Positions 1 to 10,537 of a stretch of 52,322 nt of DNA are shown piece after piece. Position 1 is the first letter of the stretch, and each line of letters opens with the position of its first letter. The stretch is from a virus (taxonomy: Duplodnaviria; Caudoviricetes): positions 1 to 52,322 of IMG/VR virus record IMGVR_UViG_3300011113_000545. One strand, written 5' to 3'. Position numbers and translations under genes: made by a program. The notes below the pieces were generated by a model, which saw only the letters and a list, made by a program, of their open reading frames with translations, was not told where the DNA came from and searched no databases.

Positions 1-857
1 CCGAAGGCCAGAGTAGTAGACTAGAACACATTAACGATAAGATTACAAGAATCTATGGCGATTTGACAGACGAAATGAGCATTGCTAATGTAGTAAATCA
101 AGTTAAACCTGACGAGATTTATAATCTGGGAGCAATGAGTCATGTGCGTATCAGCTTTGATATGCCTGCATTTACTATTAAAACAAACAGTTTGGGTGTA
201 CTAAACATGTTAGAAGCGTACAGACAATTTTGTCCTGAAGCAAAATTTTATCAAGCCAGTTCCAGTGAAATGTTTGGAAACAGTATAGATTCTGATGGAG
301 TACAGCGACTAACTACCCCCATGGTACCAGTCAGTCCATATGGATGCAGTAAAGTTATGGGATATAACTTAACTCGACATTACAGAGATGCCTATAAGCT
401 ACATGCCTGCAACGGAATTTTGTTTAATCACGAAAGTCCACGACGTGGAACTAACTTTGTAACTAACAAAGTTGTTAAAACAGCAGTGGAAATTAAACGA
501 GGACTAACAGACAAACTAGAACTTGGCAACCTGGACAGTAGCAGAGATTGGGGGCACAGCTATGATTATGTTCGAGCCATGCATTTAATCATTAACAGTG
601 ACACACCTAAGGATTGGGTAGTGGCCACAGGAGAAAGTCATACTGTGCGTGACTTATGTAAATATGTATTTGATAGTTTAGACATGAACTACGAGGATTA
701 TGTAGTTCAAAATCAAAAATTTTTACGCCCTGAAGAATTAAAATTTCTTAAAGGTGACAGCGCACCTATTCGCAGTGAATTGGGATGGCAGCCAACCTAT
801 ACTTTTGAAACTATGTTAGATGAAATGATTGCACACTGGATGAAAGAAATAAAATGA
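1..857 (+). CDS. gmd: GDP-mannose 4,6-dehydratase (5'-truncated by window edge)
   Basis: Motifs PDEIYNLGAMSHV, FYQASSSEMFG, SPYGCSK, GILFNHESPRRG, RDWGH; the frame stays open upstream of 63 to the window start. Confidence 0.95.
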   Translation, partial: EGQSSRLEHINDKITRIYGDLTDEMSIANVVNQVKPDEIYNLGAMSHVRISFDMPAFTIKTNSLGVLNMLEAYRQFCPEAKFYQASSSEMFGNSIDSDGVQRLTTPMVPVSPYGCSKVMGYNLTRHYRDAYKLHACNGILFNHESPRRGTNFVTNKVVKTAVEIKRGLTDKLELGNLDSSRDWGHSYDYVRAMHLIINSDTPKDWVVATGESHTVRDLCKYVFDSLDMNYEDYVVQNQKFLRPEELKFLKGDSAPIRSELGWQPTYTFETMLDEMIAHWMKEIK

Positions 858-1696
858 ATAATCACATTTATGTAATGCCTGGCGGAGGCCCATTCAGTAG
901 ATTTTTACAATGCGGAGTTATTCCATTGGCAGACGTTGAGTTTGACAATGTATTCTTAACTTTAAGTCCTTTTGTAGAAGATACTAACAATGATGAGTAT
1001 CTTGAAGAAGCTGTAGGGCATATTGTCAGAAATAGAACAGCTATGCAAAGTTATGGAATAGAACGGCCCTATGATCATATCATGGGATACGTACTAAATC
1101 AGACCACAGATAAGACCTATGAGTACAAAGGATTTTTGCCAATTGGCAAGATGTACACGAAAGACAATCCCATAGAAAACAGTAATAGATTGTCAGACTA
1201 CAAGCGGGTGCTTAATAAGATTCATATCAATAATGAAATTACCACTAAAGTAGATAATTTATGTAAACTAGTTAATATTAATTCACGTACTTTGGGTGTT
1301 CACGTAAGAATGACCACTATGGCAGTTCATACTAACTATAATCCAATTACGCACGAAGATTATTGTCGAACTATTGACAATCAGCTAGCCACCGGTGACT
1401 GGGATGGGCTGTATGTGGCAACAGACAACGTTGAATCTTTAGTAAAGATGGAACAGCGATACGGAAATATAATTAGATACTATCCAAATTTATGGAGATT
1501 GCCCACAGAGCAGATTACCGAACGCTGGCAATGGTCTTGGGAATATGATACATTTTTTCATAAAAGATTTTGGCAAGAAAGTTTTATGGAGGCGATGACC
1601 CTGGCTCGTTGTGGTGGCATGGTATGCAGAGACAGTAACTTTAGTAATGCTGCTGTGGTGTTTAGTAATAGTTTAAAGAGGATAGTACGAGTTTAA
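854..1696 (+). CDS. NodZ/alpha-1,6- or O-fucosyltransferase-like glycosyltransferase
   Basis: LGVHVR, LYVATD and EAMTLARC..SNFS motifs typical of GT23/GT11-type GDP-fucose transferases; adjacent to gmd. Confidence 0.7.
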   Translation: MNNHIYVMPGGGPFSRFLQCGVIPLADVEFDNVFLTLSPFVEDTNNDEYLEEAVGHIVRNRTAMQSYGIERPYDHIMGYVLNQTTDKTYEYKGFLPIGKMYTKDNPIENSNRLSDYKRVLNKIHINNEITTKVDNLCKLVNINSRTLGVHVRMTTMAVHTNYNPITHEDYCRTIDNQLATGDWDGLYVATDNVESLVKMEQRYGNIIRYYPNLWRLPTEQITERWQWSWEYDTFFHKRFWQESFMEAMTLARCGGMVCRDSNFSNAAVVFSNSLKRIVRV

Positions 1697-1698
1697 AA

Positions 1699-2466
1699 AT
1701 GAATCATGCATTTTTTGTTACCTCAAGTATCGAGTTAGATCCTGCTCGCAATTTTAAAGGGACAAGGAAACGCACAGTCTTTTCTACCAATGAAAGGCTG
1801 GTTCAAACAATTAAAACTATAACCAATCTCCAAGAAAAAGATCCGACAGCGCCTATTTACTTAATAGATTCGTCTGCAAGGGCATTTGAACAATTAAATT
1901 GTATAGGTGTAAAGAATCTTCATTATATTAAACTACAAGAACTAAATCCCGCAGTAGCAGACATAGTAAGAACTCATTCGTCGAAATCGTACTGTGAATG
2001 TTTAATGATATTGGAATTTTTTAAACATTACAAAAAAGAATTACAAAAATATAACTTTATAACAAAGATATGTGCTCGTTATACACTGTCGGATAATTAC
2101 AGTATAGATCTGTTTACGCCTGAAAATATGGATAAGTTTTTTATGAAAAAAGAACTTATGTGGGACAATGAACATATTAATTTTTTAACAGAAGTGCAGT
2201 TACCTCGGGATTTATTAGTTGACAATAAACTTTATGGATTTTATACTGTAGCACATGCCATTGGCAATCAAAAAATTGATCAGTACGAAGCAATAATGGC
2301 AGCATCTGCACAAATGGCAGCAGAACACGGCAAGTATTATCATCAAGATGTTGAATATACATTGCATCTGTATTTGAGATTATTTGGACTTCTTAAAGAT
2401 GTAATTATTGTGGATTGGACTGTGGATGGTCGCTGCGGTGTTACCGGAGATTGGGTGAGATATTAA
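1699..2466 (+). CDS. hypothetical protein, possible glycosyltransferase-like
   Basis: 255-aa ORF translationally coupled within the sugar cluster; no decisive motif. Confidence 0.45.
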   Translation: MNHAFFVTSSIELDPARNFKGTRKRTVFSTNERLVQTIKTITNLQEKDPTAPIYLIDSSARAFEQLNCIGVKNLHYIKLQELNPAVADIVRTHSSKSYCECLMILEFFKHYKKELQKYNFITKICARYTLSDNYSIDLFTPENMDKFFMKKELMWDNEHINFLTEVQLPRDLLVDNKLYGFYTVAHAIGNQKIDQYEAIMAASAQMAAEHGKYYHQDVEYTLHLYLRLFGLLKDVIIVDWTVDGRCGVTGDWVRY

Positions 2467-3312
2467 ATGCACACTATTAAACAAATAGGATATATGCCGG
2501 GGTACGGACTTGACAGTCTGCATCGTTTTACAAAACAATTTAATAAACGTATTTCGGTCAGCATTGACAATATTAATAGTTGTCCAGATGCGGATTTTAA
2601 AGTGTTAATGCAAAGTGAGCCTCCTAACCTTTATATAATGTTTTGCGGGTTAGTGCAACAAAATTATCAAAATTTTGATTTAATATTAACATATGATGAT
2701 AGACTGTTGTCTTTGCCTAATGCAGTAGAATTTTGTCCTGTTGGATCTTGGATATCCGACAATTTAAAACTAGAAAAAAGAAATCAAATTAGTTATATGA
2801 TGAGCAGTAAATTAAATGGCACTGCCTATCATATGAGATATATGATAATGCGTCGATTTGAAAAAATAAAATCTATAGGCGAGTTTGAGTTATTATGGCA
2901 TCGTAGTCCTCCGCGGGTACCCAGTAAAGATCCATTTTTTGCAAATGCAAAATTTAACATTGCCTGCGAAAATCAAATTATGACAAACATGTTTACTGAA
3001 AAACTGTTGGACTGTTTTAAAACTTTAACAGTACCCATTTATTATGGATGCACAAATATTGAAAAATATTTCAATCCTAAAGGTATTATTCAATTTAACA
3101 CAATAGAAGAACTCGAGAACATTTTCGAAAATTTAACACCTGACGTATACGACGAAATGCTGCCATATCTTCATGAAAATTTCGAAGCAGCCAAGCCCTA
3201 TTGGGAAAAAACAATTTATCAAAGAATAGAAGATGAAATTGAAAAAGCGTTGAATAAACCGTCAATGTTTGAAGACGAAAATAATTTACTTTACACAGTT
3301 TTGCTTGAATAA
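2467..3312 (+). CDS. GT10 alpha-1,3-fucosyltransferase-like
   Basis: KFNIACEN..FTEKLLDCFKTLTVPIYYG matches the GT10 alpha-1,3-FucT motif. Confidence 0.85.
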   Translation: MHTIKQIGYMPGYGLDSLHRFTKQFNKRISVSIDNINSCPDADFKVLMQSEPPNLYIMFCGLVQQNYQNFDLILTYDDRLLSLPNAVEFCPVGSWISDNLKLEKRNQISYMMSSKLNGTAYHMRYMIMRRFEKIKSIGEFELLWHRSPPRVPSKDPFFANAKFNIACENQIMTNMFTEKLLDCFKTLTVPIYYGCTNIEKYFNPKGIIQFNTIEELENIFENLTPDVYDEMLPYLHENFEAAKPYWEKTIYQRIEDEIEKALNKPSMFEDENNLLYTVLLE

Positions 3313-3321
3313 GTACAATAT

Positions 3322-3879
3322 ATGAAAACTAATCTATTAATCACTGATAATTTCTATAGCGATCCAGATTCTGTCAGGAGTTTTGCACTACAACAAAAAT
3401 TTGATGTCACCGGTAACTATCCCGGGGCAAGAACCAAAAGTTTTCTTACACCGGATCTCAAAGAAACTGTGCAGACAATAATTTGGAATGCAGGCGGTGA
3501 AGTGACTAATTGGTACGAAAAAGATGGGTATACTGGAGCATATCAACTTACCACAGCAGCAGATCGCAGCTGGATACACACGGACCACTTTAATAAATGG
3601 GCTGGAGTATTGTATCTAACACCCGATGCCCCAATAAGTAGTGGTACAGGTCTGTTCAGGTATAAAGAAAACGGTGCAACTACTGCTGCTGAAATGGGAG
3701 ATAGGTCCTACGATGCACAAGACATGACTAAATGGGACTTATACGATATAATGGCCAACAAATATAATCGATTAGTCTTATACCGTGGCGATTTATTCCA
3801 CAGTAGCTTAGATTATTTTGGCAGCAACCTACACGATGGTCGTTTATTTCAGCTGTTCTTTTTTGACACTGTTTATTAA
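3322..3879 (+). CDS. 2OG-Fe(II) oxygenase (DUF6445-like), paralog 1
   Basis: DNFYSDPD, HTD...WAGVLYLTP...SGT, YNRLVLY..FH, R. Confidence 0.75.
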   Translation: MKTNLLITDNFYSDPDSVRSFALQQKFDVTGNYPGARTKSFLTPDLKETVQTIIWNAGGEVTNWYEKDGYTGAYQLTTAADRSWIHTDHFNKWAGVLYLTPDAPISSGTGLFRYKENGATTAAEMGDRSYDAQDMTKWDLYDIMANKYNRLVLYRGDLFHSSLDYFGSNLHDGRLFQLFFFDTVY

Positions 3880-3881
3880 TT

Positions 3882-4433
3882 ATGAAAACAAATTTAATTA
3901 TTGTGGATAATTTTTATAGTAATCCCGACGGAGTGCGGTCTTTTGCACTCAGTCAAGAGTTTACTAAACAAGCTAATTTTCCGGGTCGCCGTACCAAATC
4001 ATTTTTAAATCAAGGTACTAAAGATACTATACAAAATATCCTGCGTAACGCAGGCGGATTAGTCACAAACTGGAATGAGTCAGACGGATCCACTGGCAGC
4101 TTTGAAATGGCATTTGCACGAGATCGTAGTTGGATTCATACGGATCATTACAACACGTGGGCTGGGGTGTTATACTTAACACCTGATGCTCCATTAAGCG
4201 GAGGCACAGGTTTATACCGTTACAAAAAAACCGGCGCTTCGATAGCCAGCGAATTAGAAGAATATGAATCCCAAGATATGACCAAATGGGAATTATGTGA
4301 TGTTGTAGCAAATCGGTATAATCGATTAGTTCTATATCGCAGTGAGCAGTTTCATAATAGCTTAGATTATTTTGGATCTGACATGGAAACTGGCAGATTA
4401 TTTCAGCTTTTCTTTATAACAACAGAATTTTAA
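3882..4433 (+). CDS. 2OG-Fe(II) oxygenase (DUF6445-like), paralog 2
   Basis: Tandem paralog of 3322-3879 with the same HxD...H motifs. Confidence 0.75.
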   Translation: MKTNLIIVDNFYSNPDGVRSFALSQEFTKQANFPGRRTKSFLNQGTKDTIQNILRNAGGLVTNWNESDGSTGSFEMAFARDRSWIHTDHYNTWAGVLYLTPDAPLSGGTGLYRYKKTGASIASELEEYESQDMTKWELCDVVANRYNRLVLYRSEQFHNSLDYFGSDMETGRLFQLFFITTEF

Positions 4434-4444
4434 AAGGTATAACA

Positions 4445-4969
4445 ATGATTTATAAGGTCCCTAACTTTCTCGACGCTGATGTACTAGCAGCACTTAGAAA
4501 AAAATTCGAAACATCTAGAGGGCAAGCTGTATTCGAAGTTAATCACATGGGTCGCTGGGGAAAAGGACTAGAAGCAGGATCTTATGCTCCTGTTTTAATA
4601 TTGCCTATACCTGAATTCAGAGATTACCTCATTGAAAAATATCAAGCAATGGATCCGATATTTAACGAATATGCAAATCTAAATTGCTTTATGCATATTT
4701 GGTTGCCAGGAAGTCAAATCAATTTTCATCATGACGCCAGCGACGATAATCCCAGACTGAGCAGTACAATTTATATTAATGAAAGTTGGAACTGGAACTG
4801 GGGAGGTTTGTTTTTATATGATGATCCCGACACAGGACAAGGCTGGGTGTATCCGCATGAAAATTTAATGGTATGGTTTAAACCTCCTATTTTTCATGCA
4901 ACTTCAATGGTAAGTTCTCAGGCTGAACACCCCAGACTCAGCATTCAATTATTCTTTAACAAATACTAA
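4445..4969 (+). CDS. 2OG-Fe(II) oxygenase, prolyl-4-hydroxylase-like
   Basis: FHHD, IYINESW..NWGG, FHAT, RLSIQ. Confidence 0.8.
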   Translation: MIYKVPNFLDADVLAALRKKFETSRGQAVFEVNHMGRWGKGLEAGSYAPVLILPIPEFRDYLIEKYQAMDPIFNEYANLNCFMHIWLPGSQINFHHDASDDNPRLSSTIYINESWNWNWGGLFLYDDPDTGQGWVYPHENLMVWFKPPIFHATSMVSSQAEHPRLSIQLFFNKY

Positions 4970-4970
4970 T

Positions 4971-5555
4971 ATGAATTTAGATCATTGGTTTCCCAGCGTT
5001 ATTGGAAGGTCTGAGCACTTAGATTGGTTAGACCCGATGACTAGGGCCATGGATGATATCTTTAATAGCCCATCTACTAGACTAAACGAAGAATTTTATT
5101 ATAACGGGCAAACAACTTACGGCACAAGAAATCTCACCACAGAACCGCAATTTGCAGCGTTTGTATCTTTTATACAGCAACAAGCCTGTAATTTTTTAGA
5201 ATTACAAGGGTACGATTCTGCTAAAGTTCCGTGGAAACCATTTCTATTTGCTAACAGTTTCAAAGAAGGTAGTAATCATCCCAAGCATTTGCATAGCCAA
5301 TGTACCATTAGCGGAATATATTATATAAAAACTCCGCCAGGCAGTAGCAATATTATTTTTTATCCTAATCAACCTTTTAAAGATTTTTTTGATTATATGT
5401 TTATGATTAAAGATCCCGCCAATTGGTATAGTTTAGCTAAAACAGAATACAAGCCTTACCCTGGATTATTATTAATGTGGCCAGCCTGGCTTTATCATGA
5501 AGTACCGCCCAATCACAGCACAGAACCAAGAACTAGCTTAGTTTTTAACCTGTGA
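4971..5555 (+). CDS. putative 2OG-Fe(II) oxygenase (TIGR02466-like)
   Basis: HLH..ISGIYY, LLMWPAWLYHEV, RTSLVFN. Confidence 0.8.
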   Translation: MNLDHWFPSVIGRSEHLDWLDPMTRAMDDIFNSPSTRLNEEFYYNGQTTYGTRNLTTEPQFAAFVSFIQQQACNFLELQGYDSAKVPWKPFLFANSFKEGSNHPKHLHSQCTISGIYYIKTPPGSSNIIFYPNQPFKDFFDYMFMIKDPANWYSLAKTEYKPYPGLLLMWPAWLYHEVPPNHSTEPRTSLVFNL

Positions 5556-5979
5556 TTTTTTCGTGTAATTTAATTTTTTCTTTGATATTCTTAAATTTAA
5601 AAGTTCTGTGAACACCAGGATGCAACGGGGTAGGGTGTAAGTCTATGGGCACCCAACAGTATCCAATGTGTTCGTGATTCAATATGGGCACAAATTCTTC
5701 TTCCACTTTAAGAAGAAAAGTATGATATATAAATCTGTTATTGTTGCTAGTATATTTTTCGATGGGAATAATTTTAGCACCATCAATTTGACCGCCTAAT
5801 TCTTCTTTAATTTCTCGCTCTAACCCTTGTAGTATTGTTTCATTTTGTTCTATTTTACCGCCCACTATTCCCCACGTATTAGGAAACTTTCCATCATTTC
5901 TTAATAAGAACAAATATCTGCGAGTTGATGTGCAATAAATTAATGCTCCACATCCTTCTTTTATATTGTTAGTTGCCAT
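5545..5979 (-). CDS. NUDIX hydrolase
   Basis: Nudix box GGKIEQNETILQGLEREIKEELG. Confidence 0.9.
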   Translation of the reverse strand: MATNNIKEGCGALIYCTSTRRYLFLLRNDGKFPNTWGIVGGKIEQNETILQGLEREIKEELGGQIDGAKIIPIEKYTSNNNRFIYHTFLLKVEEEFVPILNHEHIGYCWVPIDLHPTPLHPGVHRTFKFKNIKEKIKLHEKITG

Positions 5980-7577
5980 TTTCCTGCAGGATAAAACCCT
6001 TCATAACTCTTGGCCCAGCTCGATCCATTCCACTTATATTGAGTTCCGGTTGTTAAATTTGTCACGTATTCAGTTTGAGTTTCGTATCTACTAGAAAATA
6101 CTACAGCCCAATGTTGTCCATTAAATTCTATAATGTCATTAGCATAAGCTTCTAATAGAGTATTGTCAATACCATACCAATTATATGCCGGTTGAGCCCC
6201 GGAAGCAGATACATAGTCATTGACTAATAAGTATCGAGTTCCAGTAGCTAAATCCTGTAAATTTTTATTTGGTCTAGCACTTTGCGGATCGATGATAGCA
6301 TTTACTGGTTCTAATGTATTTACGGGAATAGTATCGATATCCGGAGTCCATAACAGTGCAGTGTCGTCAACAGGATTGTATGCTACTGTGCCGATAACTT
6401 CGTTACCGTCGTCGAGTTCTAATCTAATAGTGCTAGTACCATTTACTAAATTTCCATAAACATTAATCAGATCTCTCCATGGTTCAGACGGTCCTTCTTT
6501 ACGAGTTGTGGCAGTAAACACAATTCTATCTCCGATATTTCCGGTAATTAAGTTACTGGCAGTCACAGTATCTCCATTAATGCCAATCACTATACAGTTC
6601 GGCACAGTTGTAATGGTCGGACTAGCATTACTAGTAATGCTTAGTCCGGATATAATCATATTATTTGAGATGCCGTCAGTGTCGGACAATATAACGTTGG
6701 TATTCGCCGTGACCGGTGCCAACAATTCTTTGACAACTTGAACGCCAAAGTCTTCTGTGACGTGCTGATCATATTTTACTAATCGAAGTTCGTTATCAAA
6801 TAATATAACACCGTAAGTCAATGGTGTGAAATACTGCCGAGACAGTAATTTTTCATCGTCGTAGATAGCTTCGTTAATCCCGCCAGATCCGTCGAATATA
6901 CTGGCAATAATTTTTTGCACTACTCCTAACTTCTTTACCAGTGCAGGAGCACTGATAAAAATAGGTAATTCAAAAGTCAGTGTTGCAACATCGATTGGCG
7001 TGTCAGTGCCTATAGGCACAGTTCTAGAACTCCAATTTACGTTGGTTAGTAAAACATAGGTAATACTAGTCCAATCGATATAATTGTCAGTGCTTTGAAT
7101 TTCTAACGCAGGATTGAATAGGATAGTTAATTGTTCTAACAGTTGTAGTTTTTGTTCGGTGTTGCTAGTCCAAATATCCAAATTCAATGTAAGTTTATAT
7201 GGTACAGGCATTAACCGTTCTACAGTAAACACATCACCCTGTGTGGTACTCATTTGACCGGTTGCAGGGTCAAAATACCTTTCTCGTAGATTTAATTTGC
7301 CTACGTAAGTGGGATTTTGCAGTCTTTCCCTGTCGTAAGTAAGTCCGCTGACATACACAGCCATGGCTGGAACAGCGTTTAAAACATTTTCGCTGTTCTG
7401 TTGAATAATGCTGGCAACTTGTCTACTGCTATCACCATATATTACAGGAACTCGTTGCAGTGCTATGACACTGTTACGGTCTTTGCCAAATTCAACTTGA
7501 AAGTTTGACACCATACGAATAAATTGTATGATGTATCTTCTTATTTGTTGATCGTAAAAAAAACTTTGTAAACTCAT
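5961..7577 (-). CDS. tail sheath stabilizer/terminator (T4 gp15-like) with C-terminal extension
   Basis: FFYDQQIRRY, VPVIYG, PVPY.L...LDIW, QLLEQL.ILFNP; structural gene context. Confidence 0.7.
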   Translation of the reverse strand: MSLQSFFYDQQIRRYIIQFIRMVSNFQVEFGKDRNSVIALQRVPVIYGDSSRQVASIIQQNSENVLNAVPAMAVYVSGLTYDRERLQNPTYVGKLNLRERYFDPATGQMSTTQGDVFTVERLMPVPYKLTLNLDIWTSNTEQKLQLLEQLTILFNPALEIQSTDNYIDWTSITYVLLTNVNWSSRTVPIGTDTPIDVATLTFELPIFISAPALVKKLGVVQKIIASIFDGSGGINEAIYDDEKLLSRQYFTPLTYGVILFDNELRLVKYDQHVTEDFGVQVVKELLAPVTANTNVILSDTDGISNNMIISGLSITSNASPTITTVPNCIVIGINGDTVTASNLITGNIGDRIVFTATTRKEGPSEPWRDLINVYGNLVNGTSTIRLELDDGNEVIGTVAYNPVDDTALLWTPDIDTIPVNTLEPVNAIIDPQSARPNKNLQDLATGTRYLLVNDYVSASGAQPAYNWYGIDNTLLEAYANDIIEFNGQHWAVVFSSRYETQTEYVTNLTTGTQYKWNGSSWAKSYEGFYPAGKWQLTI

Positions 7578-7606
7578 TGTTTCTTTCTTTCTATTAGATG
7601 CACATA

Positions 7607-8980
7607 TTAATTGTCAGCTCGAGGAGTAAGTGCCTTGCTGAGACTTTGTCTGGTAGGCATTGTCTGACCTTCATTATTGACATAAGTGGAAGTATCGTTA
7701 ACAAAGATACTACGCTGAGTTTTGTTGTCTGGGCCTGGGGTAAGATTGGTACGAACACCGTCTTCGATTTTAATCCATCTTGTGCCATTATAGCGGAACA
7801 AACGATTGGGAACATAATCTGTTCTTAGAACATAGTCTCCAATGGTTGGACTAGCTGGAAAACTTGTTCCGGCAGTAACAGGCCATCCATTGGGGGGTAT
7901 ATCGTCGCCTCCAAGATATGCGGGCACATTAGAGTCTGGCGTAGTCGGTTGGGTATTTGTAAAATCCAAGGTTGAATCTACAAATAAATTTGTTAAATCC
8001 ACTGTTTGTCCAGTTGGGTCACCTGGACTACCGTCAGGGTTTACGGGTTCGATGTACAAATCATTAATGTCAGTGCCACTCTTTGGCACATTAATTTCCG
8101 CTTGCTGGATAATTGCGTCATTAATGGATATAAGTTTATCTAAAGTACTCACGTAGTTTCCTATAGGAGTATTATTGGCACTGTTTGGAACAAGCTGGTT
8201 AATGATGTCTTTATATTCTTGACTGTCTACTAGCGGGGTAAGTTTTACACGCCACAAATGCGGCCACCAAGTTTGACTAAATCCTTCTGCTGCAAAACTG
8301 GCATCTTGCACAACATAATACCTTTTTAACACTGCGGGTATATCTTCATTTAGCGGGTAATAATCTTTTTTATGCTGTAGTTCTAATACATCACCACTCA
8401 TAATCTTACGACCCAGAGATGCTACGGTGTCATTGAGATGAAATGTCATATAAACAGTGTCTGCACTTAGGAAGATACCAAATTGTTTTAAATCAAAATC
8501 GTTATCATTAACAGTATAAATGCCCCGAAGAGTATAGACGGAAGTATCATATTTTCGGTCTCTATTTTCTAAAAATAATAAATCCTGGATATTTAAAGCA
8601 CTTTGATTTTGATAAACGGGTTGAGTAGCATCTTTCCAGTATATATTAAGTGGTTGTCCGGATGTTATGGCAGAAATAACATTAGCACTTATAGTAACAG
8701 TGTTGATAGTTACATTTGTTCCTGTTATAATTGTATTTGCTGCGATACCTATACCACTTACAGTCTGACCAACTTCAAATGGTGCCACATTTCCAAAATA
8801 TAATGTTCTGCCAGAAGAAGTTGTATTTGCAGTAGGATACGCATTTGCTTGCACATTAGTACCGATATATTTGTGCAACAGCACACCCGTACCACCAATG
8901 GTAAATTCTTCTGATATTCTTTTATCAAAAAATTTGTAATCGTTTGTGTGGTTGTCGCGCCACATGCTAAGTCTGGGCAT
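7607..8980 (-). CDS. neck/head-closure protein (T4 gp14-like) with insertions
   Basis: FGIFLSADTVYMTFH..GDVLEL pattern and context next to the gp15-like gene; TAAATA upstream on the minus strand (~9001-9006). Confidence 0.55.
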   Translation of the reverse strand: MPRLSMWRDNHTNDYKFFDKRISEEFTIGGTGVLLHKYIGTNVQANAYPTANTTSSGRTLYFGNVAPFEVGQTVSGIGIAANTIITGTNVTINTVTISANVISAITSGQPLNIYWKDATQPVYQNQSALNIQDLLFLENRDRKYDTSVYTLRGIYTVNDNDFDLKQFGIFLSADTVYMTFHLNDTVASLGRKIMSGDVLELQHKKDYYPLNEDIPAVLKRYYVVQDASFAAEGFSQTWWPHLWRVKLTPLVDSQEYKDIINQLVPNSANNTPIGNYVSTLDKLISINDAIIQQAEINVPKSGTDINDLYIEPVNPDGSPGDPTGQTVDLTNLFVDSTLDFTNTQPTTPDSNVPAYLGGDDIPPNGWPVTAGTSFPASPTIGDYVLRTDYVPNRLFRYNGTRWIKIEDGVRTNLTPGPDNKTQRSIFVNDTSTYVNNEGQTMPTRQSLSKALTPRADN

Positions 8981-9014
8981 TTTTGATTCCGTTTATTGTA
9001 TATTTATGGTTATG

Positions 9015-9043
9015 TTGACATAAAAAACCGTTTCTGCTATAAT
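9015..9043 (+). promoter_or_regulatory. sigma70-type early promoter
   Basis: TTGACA-17 nt-TATAAT, perfect consensus. Confidence 0.85.
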
Positions 9044-9049
9044 AACAAA

Positions 9050-9319
9050 ATGGACTATCAACATTTGGATCTAATAAATCGAATTGTCGACTGTGACAAA
9101 TTAGTCCGCGCTTACCCTTTTGGACAGACAAAACGAGATCTTACTAAAATGTATACTAATGTTATGTCTTTAAATAATGAAAGAGACAAAGCCTTAGTGG
9201 AATGTCGTCGATTGGGCAAAATCACTGTCGAATACAAAAAGAAACAGGCCGAATTAGAACTGGCCTTGGGAAATTTAGAAAGCTATATAACTATGGCAAT
9301 TTTAATTAAACCGGAGTAA
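9050..9319 (+). CDS. hypothetical protein
   Basis: ATG just downstream of the promoter is the more likely start than 8996. Confidence 0.65.
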   Translation: MDYQHLDLINRIVDCDKLVRAYPFGQTKRDLTKMYTNVMSLNNERDKALVECRRLGKITVEYKKKQAELELALGNLESYITMAILIKPE

Positions 9320-9322
9320 AAA

Positions 9323-10480
9323 ATGGCAATTGTTGCTGGAATTAAGATTAAAAATAAAGAAACTAAAATTCGAAATCCTCTGTTTGCGGATGAAAAATAT
9401 ACAGGCAGTGAGCCACAGTGGCCCGAAGAATCTGTGGACTGGTCTGATGATCAATTTGACAGCTTGCTTCGTCGTAGTTTCTACTACTATAACTATTATT
9501 ATAATCAAAAAGATTGTAAAAAATATGTGATAGAATGGATGAAAACTACTGCAACTTGGAATAAAGAACAGATTAAAGCATTTGAACGCAGCTCGGACCG
9601 AAGTATTCCGATGACAGCCTGTAGTCTTATTATGGCTCGGCGAGCCGGAATGACCCTAAGAACTCGCCACACGGAATTCCTAATTAAAACGATAGACAGT
9701 GCAATCGAGCAAGCAGAACCCGAAACACCAGTGGAAACTAGTTCGAAAACCATCGAAGTCTACAAGCCTACAATCCAAGACCGACTGTCAGAAAAAACCA
9801 GTGAACTGATTGGTGAATTGGAAGGTCTATACGACGACATAGACAATACCACTGTAAAGTTCTATAACTGGTTCACAGACAACAACGTAGTACAAAGTCA
9901 GCTTTCAAAATACGAAAACGTATATCAAAAAAGAAAAGCCGAACTAGAAGAAGCTCAACTCAAAACAGATCCTCAGCTAAAAGAAGGCTACAGGCATTAC
10001 AAAGCAGCAGATTTTAAGAAACATATTAAATGGATAGACGATTTGCTGGCAGCAATTGAACAATATCGCGACGTCAAGAAAGCTACTAAAAAAGCAAGGG
10101 TTAAAAAAGCTCCTAGTAAAGAAAAGCTGGTATCCAAACTTAAATACGCCAAAGAGGATAAAGCATTGAAAATTGTTTCTATTAATCCTGCAGACATTAT
10201 TGGATCTCAGGAGTTGTGGATTTATAACACTAAAACTCGAAAATTGGGCAAATACATTGCTGCCACTTATAAACAGCTTACTATCAAAGGAACTTCAATT
10301 GATGGATTTGATGTTGATAAGAGTGTCTGCAAGACTTTGCGTAAACCCGATGAAAAACTCAAAGAGTTTGCAAAATCGGGAAAAATTCAGTTGCGTAAGT
10401 TCTTGGACGATATCAAAGCCACAGAAACCAAACTTAATGGGCGTATCAGTGCAGATATTGTGCTATTAAAAACAGCATAA
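9323..10480 (+). CDS. hypothetical phage protein
   Basis: 385-aa ORF with GGAG SD; Lys-rich C-terminus. Confidence 0.75.
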   Translation: MAIVAGIKIKNKETKIRNPLFADEKYTGSEPQWPEESVDWSDDQFDSLLRRSFYYYNYYYNQKDCKKYVIEWMKTTATWNKEQIKAFERSSDRSIPMTACSLIMARRAGMTLRTRHTEFLIKTIDSAIEQAEPETPVETSSKTIEVYKPTIQDRLSEKTSELIGELEGLYDDIDNTTVKFYNWFTDNNVVQSQLSKYENVYQKRKAELEEAQLKTDPQLKEGYRHYKAADFKKHIKWIDDLLAAIEQYRDVKKATKKARVKKAPSKEKLVSKLKYAKEDKALKIVSINPADIIGSQELWIYNTKTRKLGKYIAATYKQLTIKGTSIDGFDVDKSVCKTLRKPDEKLKEFAKSGKIQLRKFLDDIKATETKLNGRISADIVLLKTA

Positions 10481-10501
10481 CGATTAACTCCCCAAACCGT
10501 G

Positions 10502-10537
10502 GTCCTGTTAGCTAAATATTGCTAACAGGACTTTTTT
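10502..10537 (+). terminator. intrinsic terminator with late-promoter motif in its loop
   Basis: GTCCTGTTAGC-TAAATATT-GCTAACAGGAC-TTTTTT immediately before the next ATG. Confidence 0.75.
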
